Positions 1-10,052 of a stretch of 20,837 nt of DNA are shown piece by piece. The stretch is from the NCBI GenBank assembly GCA_054661495.1, contig BAAFSQ010000175.1, positions 1 through 20,837 of the forward strand. Direction: 5' to 3'. The translations under genes were made by a program, and so were the position numbers. The stretch comes from Zygophlyctis sp. KS116. Lineage: Eukaryota; Fungi; Chytridiomycota. The notes beneath the pieces are model-generated. The model was given only the letters and a program-made list of their open reading frames with translations. It had not been told where the DNA came from and did not search any database. Positions within the stretch are counted from its first letter, which is position 1; every line of letters begins with the position of its first letter.

Positions 1-107
1 AGAATAGTTAATTCAATACCAGTAATCAAATTAAAATTCTCTTTCTTTTCCAGCCATGATATCATTGCCAACCGCTCTGCTTGACTAGTTTTTGGTCCTC
101 GGCCCAT
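1..107 (-). CDS. Partial (N-terminal) hypothetical protein, possibly a Myb/SANT-like accessory protein of a PIF/Harbinger element
   Basis: ATG at 107 reads MGRGPKTSQAERLAMISWLEKKENFNLITG and runs off the window, possibly into an intron starting gtattg. The WLExxxNFxLITG motif resembles N-termini of transposon-associated Myb/SANT-like proteins; this is recalled resemblance, not a search result. Confidence 0.45.
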   Translation of the reverse strand, partial: MGRGPKTSQAERLAMISWLEKKENFNLITGIELTI

Positions 108-244
108 AATAAAAGAAATTTAAAGCTCCGAATTTGGTGCTTTATATTTTGGCATTATTTTCATTTATAACGCGGAAAATCGTCCGAAAAGAAATGCTTT
201 AAAACATGAAAAAAAGCGCGTTTTTTTAAACTTTGAAACCCCCT
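1..244 (-). mobile_element. Possible end of a PIF/Harbinger-like DNA transposon
   Basis: Minus strand reads AAT|AGGGGGTTTCAAAG..., a putative AWT target site (245-247) followed by an AG-start terminus, 137 bp upstream of the Myb-like ORF. An A7-GCGCG-T7 inverted repeat lies at 209-227. Only one end is visible. Confidence 0.3.
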
Positions 245-316
245 ATTTTGTCTACGAGTGCATCTCTGAAAAATCATTCATAACCATAAAATTCCAAAAT
301 TTGACATAAAGATGCA

Positions 317-1283
317 TTATAATATATCAATAATATCTCCACATCTGAGCGTAAATGGTTGAAGTGATAATTTAGGATCATGAACAAGAAATATCCCAAA
401 AGGCGTCTTTTCTTCCCCCTTGTAGATCTTACTCAGAGTCATAAATGGCTCTCCAGACTTTTCACCGGTTGATTGATTTATATTAATCATTTTGCATCTG
501 TCACATCCCTAGATATTTTTAGTACATCTGACTTACATTCGCGACTTGAAACGTCTGACCTCCAATCCTCAAAGACTTTCCTATCCACGTTTGTTCTTCA
601 AAAGGTTCCAGATCCATTCCATCAATAATTAAGTTCCCTCTAAATGATTCAATATTGATAATCTTTCCCCTCTCAGAGAGAATCTTTTTCTTTAAATGAT
701 CAAAACTAGACATAAAGAGACACAAGAATTGAGATTCACTAGAGAATGAAATATCCCCTTTAACGCTATCAGGGATAGCTGACCTTATATCTAAACAAGA
801 TACTAACTGACACGATGCACCAATGGCTTTACGAAACCATTCGTCCGCTTCTTTCCCAACTCTCTGAGCTTGGACACTTTCCCCAAATAATGCAACTTCT
901 AAAGCTGAGTCCTTTGAATCTGCCCAAAGAATTAGATTTTCTGAACAGTTTGGAGACATCATTTCTACTGAACCATCCTTTGAATTAACTGATACTAGAA
1001 TTATGAATACTATTTTTACCGGGGCATATTAATGCCATGTGCGGATATTCATGCTGCCCGATAAAAAGACCATTATCATCAACCAGCATCCAATGCCTAT
1101 CAAGTATCAGACCTTTGCTATCAATGTCCCAACTTTTTGGACGGTATCCTCCACAGGATTTAACCGGATACTACTATTTATCCTGAGTTGTCTTACTAGA
1201 GTCATGCTTTCCAACTTCCCTTGGTCTGCTTTTGAAAAACTTAATGCATCAGAAAGATACTTGATAAAATCATTAAACGTCAT
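317..1283 (-). CDS. Stand-alone MOSC_N + MOSC domain protein (mARC-like / MOCOS C-terminal paralog), ~295 aa, 4 exons
   Basis: Exons 1283-1197, 1170-1020, 994-537, 508-317; introns of 26, 25 and 28 nt. Motifs LYPVKSCGG, LDRHWMLVD, FRGNLIIDG, PFEEQTW and GCDRCKMININQSTG, the last carrying the Moco-ligating CxRC. Confidence 0.9.
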
Positions 1284-1306
1284 TACGCGATTTGGAAAAC
1301 TTGAAA

Positions 1307-2559
1307 TTACAAAATGATCTTGTATTTATGTTCGCATGGAACGCAGTTAATAACAATATTGCCATCAAAAGATAGAGATGCAAACACCCATGGATCATTA
1401 AGAGACCAGGACGCGGCATAAACAGTTTCACCGTGCTGATCAAAAGTAGACACTAATTCATCTATGGTCTTAATTACTAAATCATCTTCTTGTGGTGTTG
1501 TTACAGACCCATGCAATTCATCAAGTAAATCTTTTTCGTTTCTTTTAAATTGAGAAGATGAAACAGAAATCATATTGTACAAGTTGACTCTATTATCTGA
1601 TGAAGAAGTTAATATCAATTGATCATGAACAGGATTAAATTTGACACTTAATACCCTTGATAGTTAATTTCAGTAAACATACCAATGTGTATGGTCAGTA
1701 AACTGCTTTAAAGGAGTTTTTGTATTCCTTAAATCCCAGATTTTAATTTGACAATCTTTACCACTTGATGCAATAATATTAGGTTTGTTCTGGTTATAAT
1801 CTAAATCAGTAACATATAATGTATGTGCTTCAAAACTAGATGATGGCCTTTATAATCATTATAGGATTTCATACCCTTTTTTTCTCGCATCAAAACATTG
1901 AATCCTTCCATCTTTATTTCCAACAACCATTTCTTCCACACTGAGCGGGTTTAATGATGCGGCAGTAATGATTTCATTATTGAATGGAATTGATTTCTTT
2001 ATTTCAGAATTACCATTAATACCTTTAAAGTTTGAGATTTTATATCATAGATATTTAATTCATCTGTAGCCACTGCAACAATATTTTGATTACCATGATC
2101 CGTTAATAGACTACAAGATTAAAAAACTAAATTACGAGACTGCCTTCTTTTGAAACAAATCAAACACCTTTTGTATTGACCCATTGTTACTGTTCGTGAG
2201 CTGATCATTATCTAGTCCGGGTAGTTGGTATACTGCACATGACGTGCTTGAAGAAACGGCAACTAAATCACTAAAAAGCCATGAAATATCTTTTATCTGC
2301 GTATGGAAGTTCCATCTACAGCCTGGATAATTAAATTTTCTACACAATACTATTTAATTCATAGAGATCTTCGTTAAACTCAATAGCAACTATTTCATTT
2401 TGTCCCTTCACAATATCTGTCCCTGCTAACCATTTGTTTAGTTCCGAATCTTCATTACTTAAACAAGAAGATAGACAACTCCCCTGACAATTAAAAAGAT
2501 GTAAATACCTGTTTACCCAATGAATAAATAAATGGATTCTCTTGCAATTCACTTGACAT
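1307..2559 (-). CDS. EIPR1: EARP/GARP-interacting WD40 protein EIPR1 (TSSC1), ~364 aa, 7 exons
   Basis: Introns 2484-2508, 2323-2350, 2111-2135, 1997-2022, 1848-1874 and 1656-1682 give a closed frame. N-terminus NPFIYSLGKQ, WD motif KIWDLRN...DHTHWVLSVKFNPVHDQLILTSSSD, and diagnostic C-terminus DPWVFASLSFDGNIVINCVPCEHKYKIIL. Confidence 0.9.
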
Positions 2560-2792
2560 TCCAAAATTAAAAAAGTTTCTTCCGAAGATTATACGACGAT
2601 TCCAGCAGTTTGAGGTTTGTAGAGGATTTTCTACTAACGAAATATTCGATAGTACTTCTTAGCTATTCCAATCTTGAAAAAATGATTTGTCATGGTTAGA
2701 GATTGAGATTATTCAAGTCACCGCCAAGACATATTTCGGAAACTTTTAGTTTTCGGACAGATTTAACTGATATCAGTGTCTACTAAAGATCA

Positions 2793-5260
2793 ATGTTCCG
2801 GAAAGATTTAGCAGAGCTGAAATCAAATAGGAAATGGGCATCTAGTCATACCTTGGATGTTGGAATGCTCATAGAGACCAAACAGGCATTTGCTTCTAAC
2901 TTAAATTATCCAAAAAAAAAACTACCGCCGCTCAAGAGTTTTGGTTCGGCAGACATTCATTCATTGCCAAATCAATATTGCAAAGATTATACTAGCCGAA
3001 CTGTCAAAAAAGAAGGACTAGTATCTCTCAAAAGTACAGAATTAAAGAATCAAAGAAAAGAAGATGTTGCAGCTAAACTTTGCAGTCTATATGATCTGGT
3101 AAAAGAAAAGACTAGTGAATTTATCTGTATATCAAGCTCATCTGAATCATATCAAGTCCCAAGGGCAATAGCATTTACATCAAGTACAATCAGACACATT
3201 TATGAATCTACGCAGAATCAGTCAAGATTCAAAGAAAGTAATGGGAGCATCAGTTTTGAAGTCTCTGATATGATCATGAAGGAAGTTTTATGTTTTCTAT
3301 ACACAGAGTGGATAAAGATTAATTTGGAATGGCCATCAAACTATGAGCCTACTGCAGAGAATATTTTACAAATTCTGGAATTTGGACTATATTTAGGCTT
3401 GCAAGGACTTGTGGAAATGTGCTGCAAGCGTGCTGGTCATTATATTAAATGTATCTTAGTATATATGTATAATTTATAGATATTGATAGTTTAGATGGAC
3501 TTCCGGATCAAGTGATTCTAAGAATATTCTCAGAAATTGAATTAGCAGTTTTGATTCAATGGGAGTTTAATACATCTTATCCAAATAATATTGATCTTAT
3601 AAGATCAAGCTATGTTTATCATTTCAATAAGAATCCTACATTGTTTCTAAAATACGTCAAGGATAGACAGTTTAATTCAACCGCACATTATGAATCATCT
3701 TGTAGAGAAGCTTGTATTCAATGGTTTTTGGATTCTAATTTATTAAATTTGGAATTGAAAAATCCCAGTTTCAAAAATCTACTTGGGATTTACGGTCAAA
3801 ATATAACACAACTTACTCTAAAGATTGATAATACACGAGATATTCCAACAAAGTATGATCAAAACACTGTAGCTACTGCTTTAAGAAATCTGAAAAATCT
3901 GAAAATTATATTTATGGATTTTAATTCACAATCTTTAAGTTTAATTGAATCACTACAAACAACGGCAATGGAAAAAATATCTGTTACCTTTGAAAATAAT
4001 CAAAAATCTGATAATGTTGTTCAAACTAGAATATTGTCAAGGCTAATGAAAAACTTAAGTCTAAGGCGATGTTCAAAGTTTAAAAATAATACATATTTAC
4101 TCAATAGTCACACCAAAATGGATGTGTCTGGAATTAATCACTTTACTTCATATGAAACATCAGTCAGTGAATTAATGGCGGAATCTTTGGCAGAAGCTAT
4201 GATGGAGGTAGATCTCAATTTTTACGCTTTAAACGAGGACATTGTTACCTATTTTGAACAATTCAATAAGAGTTTGCTGTCGCATAATCTAACATCTTTT
4301 AGCTTTTCTGGATTGAATTTGGATTATAAAGGTGTAGTCGCATTAGTACAAGAATTACCCAACTTTAAAAATCTGACCAACTTGAACATATCAGGAGCAT
4401 TTTCATCAGATGAGGCAATTTGTTATTTCATGAAGTATATACCGCCGCTACAAGTTTTAGATATTTCGAATAATATTTTAAATGGTTCTTCTTTGGAAAG
4501 CTTAGAAGCTTCAAAGCTCATTGCAAAATTCATTCAACGTTCGGATTCTTGCCTTAAAGAGCTGAATATTTCTGGGAACAGATTTTCATTTATGGGCGTA
4601 CGTAATATACTAGAATCCCTGGAAAACATTCATTCTTGTATTTCAATAGATATGTCAGATATGGAAATCAAATCATGCTTGACTTACCTCTCAAAGTCTT
4701 CAAGTTGCAAGATCCAAAATCTTAACTTGGCCAATAATTCAATTATTCCCAGGTCTTTGAAAGATTTTCTCTCTTTTACGAGTTCGACGGAAATTAGATG
4801 TTTAGATATAAGTCGAAACTATTTTGATCAAGCTGTATTAGATTGTCTGGCAAAACAAATTTCAGATTTAAAACTTCCAAATTTGAGCATTCTCAGGTTA
4901 TCAGGATGCCAAGAAGTAAAACTTCAAGATATTGCTTTTGAGAAGCTAATTTTATCTCTTATTGATCATGCTTGCAGAGATCTCAAGGAAATTGATCTTT
5001 CGAATCATCTCATAGGGGATTCTCTATGCAAACTTATCGCCGAAGTTTTTGTACAAAAGAAGAAACTGCAAGTTATTAATTTAAGTAGGAATTTGATCAC
5101 TTTAGAAGGAGTCAAATGCTTCTCATCCATATGCACCAAAAAATCACGTATAATTCAGATTGATTTTGCTGAAAACTATATACATGGATCCTTACAAAGC
5201 TTTCAATCGTCTAAAAAATGGAGGCATTATTTTTGTTGCAGTAATCAGATACAAGTATAA
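2793..5260 (+). CDS. SKP1/ElonginC-like BTB/POZ + F-box-like + RNI-like leucine-rich-repeat protein, ~812 aa, 2 exons
   Basis: A 29-nt intron at 3451-3479 joins the 228-aa and 582-aa ORFs in frame. POZ-like segment AFTSSTIRHIY...FKESNGSISF...LQILEFGLYLGLQGLVEMCCK; F-box-like LDGLPDQVILRIFSEI; many LxxLxLSxN repeats (LQVLDISNN, LKELNISGN, IQNLNLANN, LKEIDLSNH, LQVINLSRN). Confidence 0.8.
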
Positions 5261-7635
5261 TTAATGCAAATACATTGGAGCTCCTATTTGAATCAGAAAA
5301 GGTTTTGTTGAACGAAGCGGGTCGTGCTGCAAAAATATCCCAAAATTGACCTTTGATTTTTGTTTTGAATTCTTAGCAAGCGTTATAAATGGCTCTCCAT
5401 ATTTCTTCCCGCTCTTCTGGTCAATACAAATCATGCTACATCTTTCACATAACTACTATTAGCAAATGAATCAAATTACCGCCTTAACATGAAAATATTG
5501 ATCACCTATTTGAAGAGTCCTGTTCACCCACGTTTCTTCTTCGAATGGAATCAACAGATTATCATCAATGACCAGATTTCCTCGGAAACGCAATAGATCT
5601 ATTTTTTGCTGTTTGTCTGACCAGATCTGTTCACGGAGTAGCTCAAAACTTCGCTTTGATATGCAAAGAAACTGCTCTTCATTCACAAAAGAAAGTTTTG
5701 ATTTAGAATGCTCATTAACCTTGCAATTTCTATCATAAGAGCATGAAACTAAATGGCAAGGAATTCCCAAAGCGTCACTAAACCAACCATCTTGTTGCAC
5801 ATTTAAAGTTTGTTGCGAAAATGATCTACATTATTAAAAAAACCTTGATTACGCTTCTCCACACACATCAACAAGAACAGGATATCCATCGATTTCTTTT
5901 TGTAAAATCAAAGACTCGCTGCAATGTGGAGATACCAACTCGACCAAATTATTTTCTAAGTCTACACGAACTTAAATATGAGAAAATTAGAGGAAATACC
6001 TGGTCGAACAAGGGCCATCTTTGGACATCTTTTCTGTGTCAAAGGCTGTCCATTTTCGTCTAGTAACATCCAATGTCTATCAAGAGATAGTCCAGAAATT
6101 CCTATGGACCACAACATTGGATTGAATCCTCCGCATGATTTAACAGGATAGAGAGTAACACTTACGAGCCTTCCTGTCACGGTCCGGTCATTCAAAGTAT
6201 TTTCAGGGATTTCGTAATCCGGTATAAAAAATGTTTTCAGAAAAGCTATCCAGCGCTCAACATCTTTAATCGTATTCGAAAGACCAAAACTGATTCTCAA
6301 AGCTCCTGTTGCCTTCCCTTCAATTATATCCTGTTCATCGCCGCATTTTCGATGATATATAAGATGATATCTACGAATATCATCAAAAGATAATCCTAGA
6401 GCCTTTGTAGCCGCACCAGGATTACAAAACATACCACCTCTTAGATTAATACCGTGCAACATTGCTTTCATGAAAAATTTAAAACTTACCAAGTTTTGCA
6501 ACATAATTGTACCCAATATACTTTTCTTTTCCCATAAAAAGATTAAATGAAATCACTGAAGTTTCCATTGTCCTTTCTTTATCCCCGTAAATTTCACATA
6601 AAGAAAAACAAGAACCTTGAGGATCACGAACAATAAGACTAGCCATTTCTAAAATCAGACTTGACCTCTTTTTACCTCGTTTTGCCATTTCAGTCAATCC
6701 ATAGACATGTTTTTGTATAGCTTCTAATCCTCCTATACGATCAATAAAATCGAAACCGTGATTTATTGCCATTATTTCCAAAAAAGGCAATGTCCCATCT
6801 TCGAACATTTCTGGAATCCCTCTAGCCACTTTCCATGATACATCCCAAGCAATAGAATCCACTGTCCCACCGCCAAAATAAGGCTTTTTAAGTAGTTTAA
6901 GAGCTGACTTCAAACCAATAAGTGCTCCTACATTTGTTGGAAACCCAAATATTTTGTAAAATGAAAATACAACAAAATCTGCTGGAAATTCCTTTAGACT
7001 AAATGAACAAGTAGAAATATATGATGCTGCATCTACTATCACAATCCAAGGAAAATCATTTCCAACGATATCTGCTAAACAACCATCCTTTACATTCTTT
7101 ATCCAATCTAAAGGATACTTTTCTCCAGTAAAATTACATTGCGCAGGAAAAACAAAAACATTGAAATTTGAATAATCATTCTGAATTTCTGATTTTGAAT
7201 TCCTTAAAAGTTCCAATTCCTCCACTTCTATTGCGTGAACACGATCGTTGGACAAATAGTCCCTCATTCCAATTACAGATGTATGAGATTGTCTTAAAAA
7301 ACATAAATGCCCCTTCTGTTTATCCCATTGTATAGATTCCCCAATCGTTTTAAGAGAATGCGTTGTATTCCTTGTGTAGATCAGTTGATAATTACCATCA
7401 GCGTCTAAATGTCTATTGTCAGACTCAAAAAATACCTCTTAATCCTTGATCTTGTATCGTTTATCCGATCTGTGGTAGCGATCGATGCTGGAGAATTCGC
7501 TGAATGTGGATTTCCATACAGATTCTCAGAAATCTCTTTTTGCCAAATCTGTATCAGCGACTTTGGCGCAAGAGCAGATCCAGAATGATCTAAATATATT
7601 TCATCTTTTAAGGGAAACTCTAGAGATAAATCCAT
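5261..7635 (-). CDS. MOCOS: Molybdenum cofactor sulfurase (MOCOS/hxB/ABA3 family), ~738 aa
   Basis: Introns 7413-7435, 6649-6675 (in-frame, putative), 6465-6489, 5971-5999, 5826-5852 and 5453-5479. NifS-like domain: IYLDHSG, YGNPHS, SHTSVIGMR, FPAQCNFTG, DAASY, SFYKIFGFPT (PLP Lys), FEDGT, LRGGMFCNPGA (persulfide Cys). MOSC domain: YPVKSCGG, DRHWM, RFRGNLV, CERC. Confidence 0.95.
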
Positions 7636-7658
7636 CCCTTAAAAATGTAAAAATATTT

Positions 7659-8684
7659 TTATTTTGGCAACGGAAGCAATGGATTCCTCTTTTGATCATC
7701 TGGTTGACCATAAATATGTGTTGCTATGTATTAAAATAAATTTAAAATTACCAATCAACACTATACACGCCCCAATTACAAACATTCCTGTAATTTCATA
7801 ATCAAATATAAAAACTGATGCAATACATGAAATTACAACAGAAATTGATGTTGCAAAACCTTTAAGAATATTATCTGCATATTTTACAACCATTGCAACT
7901 ATAAGTCCTCCAATTGCTTGATTAGATATTGTAGCCCAAGTCCAAAAATCATATCCCCCATAAAATCCTTGTTTAGCTACTCTACTTCCATCATTTAAAC
8001 AGACTCCAAATATAAGTCCTGGAATTATACTAAAAATACATAATTGAATATTTCTTATAAATAATGAAGATCTAGATCCTTTTAATACCTTTTCAAACCT
8101 ATATTAAGTCTAAAGAATAGATACCAAACACCCGCCAAACCAGAAAGTAAACACGCAACCAAAACAGATACAAGTCCTATAAAATTATTTGATCCATTTG
8201 TAGATTTATTTTGATTAGATATCTGAACAATAGCTATTCCAAGAGTTAATAATAACAATGAAATCCATTTTTTAACAGATAAAGTCTTTTTGAGCATAAT
8301 TACTGAAAACATTGCAGTTGTAAGAATCTTCATTTGATAAGTGACTTGAAATGTTGCAGCATCAAGGTTCCCAACTGCAACATATTGAAGATTATTTTGA
8401 ATAAAGTATAAAATCGCAGGAACAGTCATTTCCTTCCATTTAGATTTAGCATTAAATAAATTCCCAATTAAATCATCCATGAATGCACTGAAAGAAGCCG
8501 TCACATTACGTCTCTCAAGATAATATAGAAAAAGGGAGGCGATCAGCTTGAAAATCTCAGAAGTTACAACAGCGGTAGAAGTTATGTAACTGTTACTAGC
8601 AATTGTTTTGGAATATCGCATTACTAGAACTAGCGAAGAGTTTTGAAGGATTAAAACTACCAATGCAATCCACTTCAAATTCAT
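7659..8684 (-). CDS. Nucleotide-sugar transporter, SLC35A (UDP-galactose/UDP-GlcNAc, Gms1-like), ~323 aa
   Basis: Introns 8099-8124 and 7724-7751. Motifs LQNSSLVLVMRYS, VPAILYFIQNNLQY, LDAATFQVTYQMKILTTA, SGLAGVWFEKVLK, RNIQL and VVKYADNILKGFATS. First ATG at 8684. Confidence 0.92.
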
Positions 8685-8697
8685 TAATTCTGTCTCT

Positions 8698-9940
8698 TTA
8701 TTCGCAATAAGCAAAGAACGCGACTAATTCCCCTTGAGATTCAATCAATAATCTTGTGTCTGCACTTATAAAAAATACATCTCCTTTTTCCAGACATTCA
8801 TTATTCATCTTTCCTGATCCTTGTAATACTAATAAAATCGATGGCCCTTTAAATCCATTCATGATTTCAGTCTCTCCACTCTTTAAACTAGTTTTAACAA
8901 CTGCAAATTCAGCAATTGGTGGATCATACAAGCAAGAATATTTTCCAAATTTAGAACCTGATAAAACTAATTTTTCTACTGGTCCATGATTATAAGTCAA
9001 CATATTAACTAAAGTTTCAACATCTTTAAATTTTGGAGTCAGACCAGATCTTACTACATTATCACTTGTAGCCATACATTCAATACAATCCCCTGATAAA
9101 TAAGCGTGAGGTTCATTAGCTGCTAAAAATATTGCTTGTCCAGATTCTAAAACAATATAGTTTAGTAATAATAGACAAAATACTCCAATATCTCCTGGAT
9201 ATTGATCATATACGCGAATTAATAGTGATTCCAAATCATTTTTCTTTTCCAATTTAGAAATTCTAGAAATTAATTCTAAAAGACCAGATTTAACAGGTTC
9301 ATCCTCTAGAGTCATGAGATTTAGAAACAATTTCTTTAATTTCTCTTTTCTTTTAGATTCTTGATCCAAACTTGTTAAATTATTAAATTCATCAAGAATT
9401 TTAGAATCCAAAATTCTTGATAATTCTGGGAAATTTACTAGATTTTCCTGAATTTCAGAAATCTGTCTAAATCCAACCAATGCTTCAAATTTAGTAAGTC
9501 CGATTGCCATTTCAGGTTTATGATTTCCATCCTTGTAAATATCAGGACGTTTTTTATACAGTTGTTGAGCTAATTCCTTATCTGGATGAGCTTGAATACT
9601 TAATGCCTTTCTAATAGAGAGTCTATAGATTTTAAGAGATTGTAAAATACATTTTAAAGAGAAACGGCAAGTCATTTGAGTATTCCAATGAGACTTTTGT
9701 ACCCAAGTTTTCAGGATTTAGAATAGATAATAAACTCTTATCAGTTCCTTTAATGATTGATGGTCCGTTTGGATGCGTTCCCATCCATAACTTTTATTAA
9801 TTCAAAATAATAATAATTACCTCGGCATAAGGAAGAGTTTCATTGACTATAGAGTCTTTCTGTAATTGTGCTACTTTAGAGTCTGAGCCTAGTTTTCCCC
9901 AGTCATAGTTTTGAGATGCGCAACTTAGACGTAAAATCAT
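8698..9940 (-). CDS. MPI: Mannose-6-phosphate isomerase (type I PMI), ~394 aa
   Basis: Introns 9791-9820 and 9623-9650. Motifs QNYDWGKLG, PYAELWMGTHPNGPS, LPFLFKILSIRKALSIQAHPDK, YKDGNHKPEMA and ANEPHAYLSGDCIECMATSDNVVRSGLTPK. Confidence 0.97.
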
Positions 9941-10052
9941 TTGAAAATCCACCGCTCAGTCCGATATTTAAATATTAAAACTCAATGCTTTATTAGAAAA
10001 TTAATACAAAAATATGCAATTTGTAATGTAGATGATCTATGACTCCAGTATA

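Noticed and set aside
6400-6450. MOCOS LRGGMFCNPGAA lacking two flanking cysteines of the usual GCFCNPGAC motif as an inactive enzyme
   Set aside because: The central FCN persulfide cysteine and the PLP lysine (SFYK) are retained, so there is no good evidence for loss of function.
8685-8714. Apparent overlap of the MPI stop with the transporter start in the ORF track
   Set aside because: The track uses a non-ATG start at 8714. The first ATG is at 8684, leaving a 13-bp gap.
5261-9940. MPI, transporter and MOCOS as a functional biosynthetic cluster
   Set aside because: MPI feeds GDP-mannose synthesis, whereas the transporter is SLC35A (UDP-sugar type) and MOCOS is unrelated. Adjacency is adequately explained by genome compaction.
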